Part shown: in pieces, positions 50,496 through 64,000 of the stretch | Numbering within the stretch: position 1 is the first letter of the stretch | Layout: the number at the start of each line of letters is the position of its first letter | Assembly (NCBI RefSeq): GCF_006345805.1 | Contig: NC_043021.1 | Span: forward strand, 26,350,001 to 26,414,000 | Direction: 5' to 3' | Source of the DNA: Octopus sinensis | Taxonomy: Eukaryota | Length of the DNA: 64,000 nt | The notes under the pieces: model-generated | The model's input: only the letters and a program-made list of their open reading frames with translations | Database searches by the model: none | What the model was told of the DNA's origin: nothing | Position numbers and translations under genes: made by a program

Positions 50496-52560
50496 CACAC
50501 ATGCATAAAAGTCTCCTGTACTGCTTATCTTTTCCATGAGGTTCACACAACTGATGTGGCTTGTATGTTGTATGAAATGTCTTTGGGCAGGAAGTGAATA
50601 GTATATTTTGGGGTCCATTTTCCATAAGCTAAATGATTCTGGCAATGGAAAACCTTACACACTCAACACAAGCTCAAAAGAATCCCCTGACATCTCGAAA
50701 CAAGCTTTGCACATATTCTGTAAGAAATTGAAGATCTTTCTTTTTCCGGGTAATTCATCATCATTTATGATTTTCCATGTTGCCTTGGGTTGGATGGTTT
50801 GACAGAATTGGATGAACCAAAGTGCAGATGTCAGATTCCAGTGTTAGCTTTGACATTATCTTTTTTATATTGGGAGGGTCATTATATCAATAAAACACAC
50901 ACACACACACACACTTGTTTTATTTTACTTCTTTTTCATTATTATTAGTCAATTAGTTAACCAATAAACTAATTAACTAATCAATTGTTTGATTAACCAT
51001 CCAGTCAAACAATCAATCATTGGCAACTTCAAAATGACATGCTCTTACTACTTCAGGTCTGCGCCAGATGTGCCCATCCCTTGCTAACCAAATACAAAAA
51101 TGAAATAACTTACGACAAATGGACAAGCTGGATGTTCAGCTTGTGTCACAGAATAATTAATCTAATGACGTTGCTAATTAATTTAATGAGCAATACTCAA
51201 TTAGCAACTCTTCTGTGCATATTACTAATTATAATTATAATTTTCCTTTCTTTTCACCCCCCCCCACCCAATTGCAACTCCTTGAATATAAATGCTGTTT
51301 TAATTAGATTGGATGTACCTACCTGTCTATAAGTAATATATTACAGCAGGTGAATGCCATATTTTGCCAAACCAATGGATCAATAGAAAATAATGGTTTC
51401 GAATTTTGGCACAAGACCAATAATTCTGGCAGAGTGGGGGTACATTGAGCCTAAAAGGCTGAGAGGTGAAGTCAACCTCAGTGGAATTTGATCTCAGAAT
51501 GTCAAGACATGAAATGCCACTAAGCATTTTGTCTGGTGTGCTAATGGTTCTGCCAGCAGCTCACCACCTTAATCAGATGTTAATCATAACATTATTGGTA
51601 ATGTAATTATTATTGATTGAACAAGTAATTACTGAATATAATTACTGACTAAAGCTTATAATTCTACAACAGAATGTTCGTTACGACCCTCCACAGATGT
51701 AATACAAATATACCATTTTGGTAAAACTTTATATATTATGATCTTTTATCTTTAACTTGTTTCAGTCATTAGACTGTGGCCATGCTGGGGCACTGCCTTC
51801 ATTCTCGTTTTTAATCCTTACATCAGCAATCCTTAGTTTTTTTCTCTTTTTTTCAGCACCACTGACTGGTTTCATGCAAGACAATTCTCCCCTGTGCCAG
51901 AGGAAGCACACATACAACAAAACACAATAAACTCCATGGTACATGATGATTACCGCATCATCACAGATGGTTGCAGTTTGCTTGTGCTTCCTCATCAATA
52001 GCATTTTTGACTTTCCGTCCATGACCTTCCAGATGACTTCTTCTTCAATCCTGTTGCAGATCTGCATGGTTTGGCTCAGAGGTGACAGACGGAAGTTGTA
52101 ACTTACTGTGTGCTTCTCAACTTGCTTGGTACACACATGTTGCACATGAATGGCAAACAAGGTCACCATAAAGAGACATTTGTTTGGCACTGGATTAGAG
52201 TTACAAATGCTTATACAACACAAGCACCATTCACTAAGTCCCTGAGATTAGTACACAACGATAGGCCTGAACAGGAATCATGTGAAAATCTGGGTTTTTC
52301 ATAGGAATGTCCTTCTCCTAGAAGGATGCTGTGATAATACCAAGGGGTTCTTCATTCGCATGGGTTTTACTGCACGCCCCACATTCAGCTGGATTGTCAT
52401 CAGATATGTTAGTTAACCCATAGGTTGTACCCAAACAGGTGTTACAACTCCGGGTCAGAATAGAACTGGGAGCAATAGTGGAAAAGAGGTGGTTCCACAT
52501 TTCTCAAAACCCTGGAATTCCCAAACCAGACCTCCACTACCAGATGCGGTTTGATTTTTA

Positions 52561-52943
52561 CGTGGCTGTGCAGTAAGTAGCTTGCTTACCAACCACATGG
52601 TTCCGGGTGCAGTCCCACTGCATGGCACCTTGGGCAAGTGTCTTCTACTATAGCCTCAGGCCGACCAAAGCCTTGTGAGTGGATTTGGTAGATGGAAACT
52701 GAAAGAAGTCCTGTGTGTGTGTATGTATGTATATGTTTGTGTGTCTGTGTTTGTCTCCCCACCATTGGTTAACAACTGATGTTGGTGTATTTACATCCCC
52801 ATAACTTAGCGGTTTGGCAAAAGAGACCAATAGAATAAGCACCAGGCTTACAAAGAACAAGTCCTGGGGTCGATTTGTTCAACTAAAGCCAGTGCTCCAG
52901 CATGGTCACAGTCAAATGACTGAAACAAATAAAAGGAAAGAGT
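52561..52943 (+). mobile_element. tRNA-headed SINE family 1
   Basis: Consensus blocks. Confidence 0.8.
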
Positions 52944-53696
52944 AATATATATAATATGATAGCAAAACACTCTGCCAATGGATAAAGGCAATAAAATAGA
53001 AATAAAGTATTAAACTTTGTTCTCTCTCTCTGGTCTGGTACCACATGATCCAGGACCTGGTACAGGTCTGTGGCCCAGTCGGTTCCACAGAACTGTCTTT
53101 ATTCATTGTTAATCCTTTTTATTAATAAACATCACAAGTCTCAACACAACACTCCTATATTTGGATACTAAAACAATACATACACCAAACTCCAAACACT
53201 GTTAAATAATTATTAATAAAAGTGTAAAGACCCCCTTCGGTCATGAAGGACCATGAGATTGTGCCTAGAAAGTTACCCTCTGAGGCACAAGTCCAGGCAA
53301 GGTTGTTTATGGAAGACCAGCAGTCGCCCATGCGTGCCAGCCTCCCCCCTTTCCACACCACTGATGTCATCCAAGGGAAAGGCAATTCATTTCTACAGCT
53401 GAGTGAACTGGAGAAACGTGAAATAAAATGTCTTGCTCAAGAACACAACACGCAGCCTGGTCCAGGAATTGAACACACTACCTCATGATTGTGAACCTGA
53501 CGCTCTAACCACTGAGCCATGTGCCTTTAGTAATATTGTTCTGTTATTTATATGTGTGGGGCTGGGCCATGGGATTAAGAAGTTTGCTTCCCAACCCTAT
53601 GGCTTTGGGTTCAGTTCTAGTGCACAGCAAGTTTGGGCACATTATTTGGTAGACAGAAACTGAAAGAAGCCCACCATATGCATGTATATACATATA

Positions 53697-53761
<65 letters not shown>

Positions 53762-53967
53762 GTGTGCATATGTGTGTCTGTATACATACATATATTATAC
53801 ATACACACACATATATACATCCAACAAAACCTCTTTAATACCGCCTACCATAAAAAAAAAAGTTTAACCCTTACCAGAGTCAGAATCTCAATGAATGACA
53901 ACCACACAGTTCCAATATGTGGTGCAGCACAAAGGAAATGACCTTCATAAACTGCATACACATATAC

Positions 53968-54200
53968 CTCTTTTACTGGTTTCAGTCATCTGACTGCAGC
54001 CATGCTGGAGCACCACCTTTAGTCGAGCAAATCGACCCCAGTACTTATTCTTTGGAAGCCTAGTACCTATTCTATCAATCTCTTTTGCTGAACCACTAAG
54101 TTACGGGGGCATAAACACGCCATCATCGGATGTCAAGTGATGGGGGGTGGGGAGCAAACACAGACACACAAACATACACACACACAGATACATATATATG

Positions 54201-54239
<39 letters not shown>

Positions 54240-54398
54240 GACAAGCTTCTTTCAGTTTCCATCTACCAAATCCACTCACAAGGCTTTTCGGTTCGAGGCT
54301 ATAGTAGAAGACACTTGCCCAAGGCGCCATGCAGTGGGAATGAACCCGGAACCATGTGGTTGGTAAGCAAGCTACTTACTACTCAGCCACTCCTGCAC
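53968..54398 (-). mobile_element. tRNA-headed SINE family 1
   Basis: Consensus blocks. Confidence 0.8.
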
Positions 54399-55659
54399 TT
54401 ATTTTTCAATGTTATTATTATTATTATTGTTCAGGTCACTGCTTGGAATTGAACTTGGAATCTTGTGGGGTTAGTAGTCTGCATTCTTCACCACTATGCC
54501 ATATGCCCGTGGACATATGGCATAGAGATTAAGAGCCATATATATGTATGCTACATAAAAAGAAATGGTGCTGGTGCCACATAAAAAGCACCAAGTACAC
54601 TCTGTGGAGTGGCTGGCGTTAGGAAGGGCATCCAGCTGTAGAAACCATGCCAAAACAGACAATGAAACTCTTGTCAAACTGTCCAACCCTTGCCAGCATG
54701 GTAAACAGACATTAAATAATGATGATGATGGTGGTGTGTGTGTGTGTGTGTGTGTTACCATTTGTACTTCTCCAGATGTCTTGAGCAGTAAGCATCGATG
54801 TTGTTATGCTTCCTACCAACAAATCATCCGCTGGCTTTACTGCTTTGAAGATTTGTGAAAGAAGAGACCTCTTACTTGAGAAACAGCTGAGGGTTAGTGA
54901 CAGGAAAGGCATCCAGATATAAAACAAAGATATTCCTCAAACTCATGCAAGCATGGGGCAAACAGACATAAAAATAAACAAATGAATTCCAGTAAAAAGG
55001 GACCAGGGAGTTGACAGGGTCGGTAAAGGGACAAACAGGATGGTATGCAGTTGGTGGGTTTCCTGGCCTCTCTGGTATATATATTCCTCCCCTGGATGGG
55101 ACACCAGTCCATCGCAGGATTACTTCTTTTTGCCAGCTGAGTGGACTGGAGCAACGTGAAATGAAGTGTCTTGCTCAAGAACACAATGCATTGCTTGGTC
55201 CAGGAATAAGTCAATCACCCGAACCACTAAGCCTTGCACTTCCACGAAATGGCAGCATTTGGTTATAATCCTTGGTAATCTATACTAGAATCCGACTGCA
55301 GCTGGCTTTGCTTTCATTCTTCCCTGGGCAGAGCGTGAAATAAATACCAGTGAACTACTGGGGTTGATATGATGAAGCGTTCCCCTCTAAAAATTTGCAG
55401 TCTTACGCTCTTGTAAGGTTCAACGTTATTCCATGAAATATTTGAAAAGCTGATGATGTTGTAAGAGGAAGGTTTATTGTTACCCGTGATTTGAGACCAA
55501 CATACTGGGAAATATATATAACATACACACACACATGCATACACATATATATATACATGTATGCATGCATCTATATATATATGGAAAGAGATAGATAGAT
55601 ATGTGAATATATACACAAGTATGTATGTATATGTGTTTGTGTATGTGTGTGTATATATG

Positions 55660-55695
<36 letters not shown>

Positions 55696-55719
55696 TGTAT
55701 GTATGTATATATATATAAA

Positions 55720-56145
55720 AATAATTAAAAGGGCGGGCAACAGGCTGCTTCGCCGCATACCGAAGGAATTAGAAATGGCAGTCAAAGACTGTTTTTTCCA
55801 TTTTCTACAAGTGGAGGTTCCATATACGACAAAACCTGCGATTCACATATGCAAAATCGGAGTAGCAAATAAACGAAAACAATCTCTTACCATCAATGGT
55901 GAACATGTTTCTAGATCACAGGCTAGAAATTGCCTGATTTCCTTCGTCAACACCATATTCAATAGATTTAGCAAATGCCACAAGCCTTCACCTCTGACCA
56001 AGCGACATCAGAAAGTGGGGGGAGGTGTGCAGATGTTAAAACTAAGTAATGACTGGGACCGTAAATTTTCCCTCCAAAATTCTGCTATGCGCGCCGCCTG
56101 GGTGATCGCAATGGAATAAGAAATCCACATGGTAATACAATAAAA
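55720..56145 (-). mobile_element. Diverged relative of the 27.3-kb retrozyme-like element
   Basis: Carries a hammerhead and the TTTGACTGCCATTTCTA..TTCGGTATGCGG module; flanked by (TA)n. Confidence 0.6.
55896..55956 (-). ncRNA. Type-I hammerhead motif (C3>U)
   Basis: ATGGTG-TTGACGA-[..CAGGC AATTTCTA GCCTG..]-GAAA-CATG-TT-CACCAT; 6-bp stem I; palindrome ACATGT. Confidence 0.6.
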
Positions 56146-56165
56146 ATGATATATATATATATATA

Positions 56166-56276
56166 TATCATCATCATCATCATCATCGTTTAACGTCCGT
56201 TCTCCATGCTAGCATGGGAACCGTCCAACCCATGCTAGCATGGAGAATGGATGTTAAACGATGATGATGATGATAT
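56166..56276. repeat. Inverted pair of RTE 3' ends forming a hairpin of about 50-bp arms
   Basis: (TCA)n GTTTAACGTCCGTTCTCCATGCTAGCATGGG-AACCGTCCAA-CCCATGCTAGCATGGAGAATGGATGTTAAAC (GAT)n. Confidence 0.85.
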
Positions 56277-56788
56277 CTATATATATAAAACTGTAGTTGT
56301 ATGAGTGTCTGTCCCCTTCGATTTAGATTCCTAACTACTCCCACATTTTGCGGTGCAGTTTAACCAAATTCGGGTATCTTATAGTCGTGATTCATATCGA
56401 GCCCGTCTGAGTATTAGCGCGTGTCTACGATGAGTCTACGATTTTAAAAATAATTTAACATCATTTTTCATTCCATTTTAATGCATAATTTTTCGTGTGT
56501 CGATGGCGACGGAGTTGGCGTCTATGGTCACACCTGCACCTGTTTGCTTCTCCCCCTTCTTCCCTCCCTCGTGAAGCTGTGGGGAAGGGAGTGTAAGGAA
56601 ATCAACGTCGTAATGTGTTGTCGAGGAGACCAGCGTTCTTTTAGAACAATGACTTCATGGCTTGAAGACACCAAAACAGAAATGGCTAAGAAAGCCCGAA
56701 TTGGCATCTATAAGGGAAGTAACTCTCTAAAAATGCTTATATAGTTATTTCCCTTACAAACCCGAGCAACGCCAGGCGATACTGCTAG
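56276..56788 (+). mobile_element. Non-autonomous Helitron
   Basis: A|TC 5' end, GC-rich subterminal hairpin CCCGAGCAACGCCAGG, CTAG|T 3' end. Confidence 0.8.
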
Positions 56789-56835
56789 TATATATATATA
56801 TATATATATTTTTATATATATATATATATATATAA

Positions 56836-57254
56836 CCTGTGGCCTCTACCTGGGATGTAGCCAGTCCGCTTATGCATACCTTTCCTTCTTGGGACACAAA
56901 ACCCTGCTTGCAAAGACCTGTTGAGGCCAAATCGAAATCAATCAAAATCAATGGAAATTGTAGTTGTGATACCAGTGCCGGTGGCACGTAAGAGAACCAT
57001 CTGAATGTGGCCGTTGCCAGCGCCGCCCTGACTGGTCTCCGTGCCGATGGCACATGAAAAGCACCAACCGATGGCACGTAAAAAGCACCCACTACACTCA
57101 TGGAGTGGTTGGCGTTAAGAAGGGCATTCAGCTGTAGAAACACTGACAGATCAGACTGGAGCTTGGTGCAGCCATCTCGCTTCCCAGACCCCAGTTGAAC
57201 CGTCCAACCCATGCTAGCATGGAAAGCGGACGTTAAACGATGATGATGATGATG

Positions 57255-57256
<2 letters not shown>
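56836..57256 (+). mobile_element. RTE LINE 3'UTR fragment
   Basis: Matches 5370-5820; (GAT)n tail. Confidence 0.8.
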
Positions 57257-57288
<32 letters not shown>

Positions 57289-57302
57289 ATTTTATATTAT
57301 AT

Positions 57303-57335
<33 letters not shown>

Positions 57336-57355
57336 CATATATTATATATATATAT

Positions 57356-57388
<33 letters not shown>

Positions 57389-57755
57389 ATTATGTATACA
57401 TAAATCTAAGAGAGAGAGAGAGAGAAGATGGGTGTTATTTTGTTGAACAGCCTTTCAACTAAATAACGGAATAATAACTGAAATGAAACAATTGACAATA
57501 AAATCTGGCCTTGAAGTGAATGTGACTACTGTAACACTTGCAGCTAAATGCTCCCCGTTTAATAGGGGTCGGGCAAGGCTGGGGATGGCGTGCAGGGTGA
57601 GGGTGGGACGGTGAACAGCACATAACAATCCTCGACACCATTTGTGATCTTAGAGTCTTAAAGTACAGAAGCACCACCATTCAAACTCTAGATATTGCAT
57701 TACCGACACAGATTGTGTGTTGAAGAGAACTGGCTGCACTGCTCCAGATATGTAA

Positions 57756-57796
<41 letters not shown>

Positions 57797-57929
57797 GTAG
57801 AGTATGAAGGACAGGGGATTGACTGAGGGGCTCGGTTGGAAAGGGACAAGACAGTGTCTCTGAAGGCGGGAACAGATGCTGCATGCCCCACTGGTGTGGG
57901 TGTGAAAATATCTTAGAGTTTCATTAAAT

Positions 57930-58620
57930 AAAGGTAAAGGACCTGGGTATCTTGGTGGATTCCTCCTTTTCGCCTTCGGCCCAGTGCGTCCATGCTGCCA
58001 ACAAAGCACGCGGAATTCTGTTCTTGATTCGACGGTCATTCGGAATGCTCACAGCAGCCATATTCCTACCACTCTATGTCACGCTGGTGAGACCCATATT
58101 AGAGTATGGGATTCAAGCCTCTTCTCCTTATCTCCTCAAAGACATACAGCATCTCGAAAGAGTCCAGAAGCTGGCTACCCGCATGGTTCATAGTCTCAAA
58201 AATTTGTCCTACAAAGAAAGGCTGAGGACGCTCGACCTTTATTCTCTTGAAAAACGCCGCCGCCGTGGTGATCTCATTCTCGCCCACAACATCATAAGCG
58301 GAAAGTGTAACCTCTCGAAAGAGCTGTTCTTCACTCCTGCTCCAGAGCGTCGGCTGCGGGGTCATTCCGAAAAGCTCTACCTGTGACGATTTCATCTCAA
58401 TCGAAGGAGAGGAGCTTTCTCCGTCCAGCTTGCGGATCTGTGGAACAAGCTGCCAGACGAGATGGTGAAGATGCCGACGACCGCTTTGTTCAAAGCCTCC
58501 CTGGACCTCAAGTGGCCTGAACTCTTTACATGAACACCACCCTGTACTTAACTCCATGTCCCCCTACATGGCCTTGCTATTTGCTTTTGAGCCAAATTAA
58601 CTAACTAACTAACTAACTAA
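57930..58620 (+). mobile_element. 5'-truncated CR1/L2-type LINE with (TAAC)n tail
   Basis: VKDLGILVDS, LYVTLVRPILEYG, LERVQKLATRMV, LYSLEKRRRRGDLI; tail at 58598-58620. Confidence 0.9.
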
Positions 58621-60960
58621 GGATCTGTATAGACCCAAAAGATCCCAGTCGTGCCATAAAAAGAGAACATTGTCCCATGAGAACTGTTGAGGAAATCATG
58701 TCATGAATGCCAGGTGCCAAGATGTTTGGATTTTGGCAGAAACAACTTGATTAAAGCAGTTCCAAGTTGTGTAGCTTCAATACCCGGTTCAGCAGATACC
58801 GATTCACTCAACTACTTTTTGGAGTGAAGTCGGCACTGGAGGTATTTCAGAGAACAATGTTACAAATCCTAGAAGATTTATCTATCACAGAATGTATTAT
58901 GTCCAGCAACATGATGAAAAGCTGCCATGGTGTTCTGAACAGAATACAGTCAAGTGGCCTGAAACTGAATGCAGTGAAATGCAAGCTGAGAATGATGGGG
59001 GTCACATATGTAGGGCATCTTCTCACTGACATGGGACTGAAGCCAGATCCTGAAAAGGTGACGGCTATCTGACAAATGCCAGAGCCTGAAAACAAGACAG
59101 ATCCAATGAGATTCCTTGGTATGATACAGTATCTGGGAAAGCTTGTGCCAAATCTCTCCTGTGGAATTGCAGCTCCACGAGAGTTCTTGCCAAAGGACAT
59201 TGCATGGCACTGGGAAGGAAGGCAGCAAACATGTTTCAAGAATTTGAAACAAAGAGTGACAGAGATTCCAGTGTTACAGTACTTTGATGTTAGAAAGCCA
59301 GTAATGTTATCAGTGGATGCAAGCTCCAATGGAGCTAGGAGCAGTGTTGATGCAAGCTGACAAGCCTGTAGCATTCGCTTTGGGGGTCACTGACAAATGC
59401 GCAAAAGAAGTATGTACAGATTGAGAAAGAGATGCTCGGTATCCCAAATGGATGAGAGAAGTTTCATCAGTACATCTCTGGGAAAACAGTTCAAGAAGAA
59501 ACTGATCAGAAACCCCTTGAAGTCATATTTCAGAAACCCTTGATCTTCTCAGAGGTTGCAGAGAATGTTGCTGTGTTGACAGAAGAATGATCTTCAAGTT
59601 ACCTACAGACCCAGCAAAGAACTGATTGTTGCAGTTTCCTTGAGCTGGGCATATCTTAAAATCGGTAATGATTGATTCGATGAAACTGAGCGTGATGTGG
59701 ACTTAATATGACAACTGGCAATGAGCTCAGAAAAGTTGAGCGAATGAGCCACAACTGCAACAGCTGAAATCAGTGATTCAGTGTGGATGGCCAGAAAACA
59801 GAAATGATGTGTCCAGCAAGAGTGAGAGACTGCGGGAATATTCGAGGTGGAATGACTTTTGGTGATGATGGCCTCATCTTCAAAGCTGCCAAAGTTGTAG
59901 TTCCTGCAACACTACAAACAGAAACGTTGAAAAGAATTTGTGATGCTCATTTCGGAGTGACAAAGTGCATACTCAGAGCCAAAGATGCTATCATCTGGCT
60001 CGGAATGACTCTACAAATTGAAGATTCTGTATCACGATGTTCTGTGTGCAATGAGAACAGAAAGAGGAATCCGAAACAACCATTGAAGAGCCATGACATT
60101 CCTGACTGACCGTGGACTAAAGTCGGAGCCAACTTGTTTGTGTACAAGGACAATGACTACCTGGTGTGTGTGTGGACTGTCTCTCAAAGTACCCTGGAAT
60201 TGTGCAATTGTCTGGCCCATCAAGTAAAATGACAATCACAGCAGTGAAATCTGTCTTTGCCAGACACAGCATCCCAGGTGAGCTCATGACAGATAACGGA
60301 CTGCAGTTTACGAGTGCAGAGTTCTGTAACTTTGGTCTAAAATCAGAATTCAATCACACAACATCGAGTCTGACACACCCACAATCAAACAGACAAGCTG
60401 AGTGATTCAGACAGTAAAAAACCTGCTCAAGAAAACAGAAGCCAGTGGCTGAGATGTCTACTTAGCTCTACTCGAGTACAGAAATACGCCGGTTGACATG
60501 GTCAATCTATCACCAGCTCAAATGCTAATGAGCAGGTGCCTGAAGAGTCACTTACCTGTATCTGATGCCTTGCTGAAACCTCAGATACAGGACCAGAAAC
60601 AGCTACACGATCAGCTGAAAGCAGGTCAAGAACAACAGAAGTACGAGTACGACAGAGGCAGTAGAGAGTTGCCTTCCGCGACTCCTGGACAGCAAGTCGG
60701 GATTCAAGAAAAGCAGTCACAGAAGAAACCTGGAGTTATCAAATCAGTTGATGATACACCAAGATCCTACAACATAACCATGTCAGATGGAAAACAGTAT
60801 CGATGAAATTGCCACCGTCTGCGGACAGCTGCTGAGAATCCAACAACTCAACCAAATGGAGAATGTGAAGAGATTGTGAACTGTGATACAGATGAGTCCG
60901 AGACTACAGACTCTATCGTTAATCAAACTATGAGATCCAGAGGAAAAAATCAACATGTCA
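58621..60960 (+). mobile_element. Decayed Ty3/Gypsy pol (RT, RNase H, integrase)
   Basis: RYRFTQLLFGVKSALEVFQR, GLKLNAVKC, VDASSNG, QIEKEML, ETDQKPL, HFGVTKC..CSVC, TDNGLQF, HPQSNRQAE, LSPAQMLMSR, PRSY. Many stops; no LTRs recognised. Confidence 0.9.
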
Positions 60961-61249
60961 GAATGATGTCAATATTGGCATCAAGAACTGTTGAATTCGA
61001 GAAGTGCTCCATGAAAAGAGTGATTCACGAACCGTGTTAAATATTGAATTTTAAGTTAAACAAGTTCAACTGTGTTAATTACTAGAAAGCATATTTCATT
61101 ATTCTTTCCAATGAAAAATAAATTAATTTATGGACAGTTAAATTTAAAGAAGTTATATTCAGGGACTTTGAAGAAAGTTGCTTTATCAGAATGATAACGA
61201 ATATATAACTGAGTTTATTTGAAGTTGATAATCTGGGTTCCAAATAGTG

Positions 61250-61766
61250 CCAGGGAAGGCCATTCAAAGTAGACCTCACACATGGTTCCAGCAAAAGGGG
61301 GCAACTGCTCGTACTGCAAGAGAAACAATGCAGTTGCTATGGCAGGACTTTGGAGAGAGAACAATCTCCCATTACAGCAATGTCAACTGGCCTTCACACT
61401 CTTCTGACTAGGACTAGCCTGGATATTTTGTTGGGGGGGATAACTGAAAGGGAGGGTTTATGTCAACAACCCAGAGACCCTGGTGCAACTGAAGGAGAAC
61501 ATCAATAGAGAAATCAGAGAAGTAGGGTCTGAAACTCTTGAGGGTGTCATGGTGCAAGTTTCAGAAGGAGCACGGACGTGCAAAGCCGAAATTGGCAGCC
61601 ATTTAAGCGATGTCATTTTCCATAAGTGATGTAGTGGTGTTGCATAATTTGATTTTTGCATATTAATTTTCATTATGTCCTTTATATTGTATTGAAATTT
61701 CTTGCATTTAATTGTAAAGTTTAAGGAAGTTATTAAAAATTGAAACCCATCATTGACATCCGGGAC
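61250..61766 (+). mobile_element. Tc1/mariner transposase 3' remnant
   Basis: [41 protein letters not shown] (WPPRSPDL-type C-terminus). Confidence 0.7.
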
Positions 61767-61868
61767 ATATATATATGTACATACATGCATATATATACAT
61801 ATATACATATATACATACACATATATATACATACACATATATATACATACACATATATATACATACAC

Positions 61869-61919
<51 letters not shown>

Positions 61920-62354
61920 CATACATGTACATACATATATATACATACATATATATACATATATATACATACATATATATACATATATACATACATATAT
62001 ATACACATATATATACATACATATATATACATATATATACATATATATACACTCTCGGAGTGGTTGGCGTTAGGAAGGGCATCCAGCTGTAGAAACACTG
62101 CCAGATCTGACTGGCCTGGTGCAGCCTTCGGGCTTGCCAGACCCCAGTTGAACCGTCCAACCCATGCTAGCATGGAAAGCGGACGTTAAACGATGATGAT
62201 GATGATGATATACATACATATATATATATACATATATATACATATATATACATACATAAATATATATATATATACATACATATACATACATATATATATA
62301 TATATACATACATATATATACATATATACATACATATATATACATATATAATAC

Positions 62355-62385
<31 letters not shown>

Positions 62386-62479
62386 CATATAATATATACA
62401 TATATATACATACATATATATATATACATATATACATGCATATATACATGCATATATATATACTATATATATACATATA

Positions 62480-62510
<31 letters not shown>

Positions 62511-62523
62511 CATATATATATAC

Positions 62524-62590
<67 letters not shown>

Positions 62591-63230
62591 CATATATATA
62601 CATATATATACATGCATATATATACATATATATATACATATATATATAACGGGAAGCTTTATGAACATAAACAAAGACGAAGGCAGGTGGAAAAAAAACG
62701 AACAATTGTATTAGTATGTATGTATATATATACATATATATATACATGCATATATATACATATATATACATATACATATATACATACATATAATATATAC
62801 ATATATATACATATATACATACATATATATATACATACATATATATATATATACACATACATATATATACATATACATATAATATATACATATATATACA
62901 TATATATATATACTATATATATATACATATATATATACATATATATTATACATATATATATACATATATAATACATATATATACATATATTATATACATA
63001 TACATATATATACATATATATATATATACTATATATATACATATATATATACATATATAACATATATATATATACTACATATATTATATACATATATATC
63101 ATATATATATATACATATATATATACATATATATATATACATATATATATACATATATATATATACAATATATATACATATATATATACATATATATATA
63201 TACATATATATATACATATATAATATACAT

Positions 63231-63278
<48 letters not shown>

Positions 63279-63411
63279 ACATATATATATACAATACATA
63301 TATATACATATATGTATATATATATATGTATGTATATATATATATATATGTATGTATATATATATATATATATGTATGTATATGTATATATATGTATATG
63401 TATATGTATAT

Positions 63412-63457
<46 letters not shown>

Positions 63458-63480
63458 ATATATATATATATATATGTATG

Positions 63481-63537
<57 letters not shown>

Positions 63538-63590
63538 ATATATGTATATGTATGTATATATGTATATGTATATATATATGTATATATATT
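61766..63590. repeat. Long (TA)/(TACA) low-complexity array interrupted by an RTE 3' end (62050-62208)
   Basis: Direct reading. Confidence 0.95.
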
Positions 63591-63611
63591 TTTTCTTTTT
63601 TTTTTTCTTTT

Positions 63612-64000
63612 TTCTTGTTTCAGTCATTTTGACTGCGGCCATGCTGGAGCACCGCCTTTAATCGAGCAACTTGACCCCGGGACTTATTCTTTGTATGCCC
63701 AGTACTTATTCTATCGGTCTCTTTTGCCGAACCGCTAAGTGACGGGGACATAAACACACCAGTATCGGTTGTCAAGCAATGCTAGGGGGACAAACACAGA
63801 CACACAAACACACACATACATATATATATACACACATATATACGACAGGCTTCTTTCAGTTTCCGTCTACCAAATCCACTCACAAGGCATTGGTTGGCCC
63901 GGGGCTATAGCAGAAGACACTTGCCCAAGATGCCACGCAGTGGGACTGAACCCAGAACCATGCGGTTGGTTAGCAAGCTACTTACCACACGGCCACTCCT
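63612..64000 (-). mobile_element. tRNA-headed SINE family 1 (young)
   Basis: Near-identical to 18657-19043. Confidence 0.85.

Noticed and set aside
51762-52223. 153-aa minus-strand ORF as a possible SLC45A3 upstream exon
   Set aside because: No similarity to the family; it runs into a SINE fragment and is probably repeat-derived.
55625-56119. 164-aa + strand ORF
   Set aside because: Starts in a microsatellite, has no recognisable domain, and overlaps a minus-strand non-coding ribozyme element.
61458-63738. Tyr/Ile-rich ORFs
   Set aside because: (TA)n microsatellite artefacts.

Overview
AT-rich, repeat-dense eukaryotic DNA. The repeat families (tRNA-headed SINEs with internal microsatellites, RTE LINEs with (GAT)n tails, long (TA)n/(CA)n tracts) suggest a cephalopod (Octopus-like) genome; this is an inference. 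The only clear host gene is a minus-strand SLC45A3/prostein-like MFS transporter. One large coding exon (24922-23316) ends at a GTGAGT donor, and I did not find its last coding exon in the window. Its 5' leader carries a strong-context 26-codon uORF in frame with the main ORF and separated from it by a single TGA. The rest is transposon debris: RTE and CR1/L2 LINEs, a decayed Gypsy pol, an ORF1-only L1/Tx1-like element, Tc1/mariner remnants and MITEs, a Helitron, a Helentron-like element and SINEs. The most striking hidden signal is about ten type-I, Penelope/retrozyme-style hammerhead ribozyme motifs from several distinct non-coding element families. One lies in a 1.5-mer tandem element (593-nt unit) with a conserved structured module. 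Several near-perfect palindromes and a fixed-spacing CCAAT+CRE array with a TATA box are also present. All analysis was by eye; repeat boundaries are approximate.
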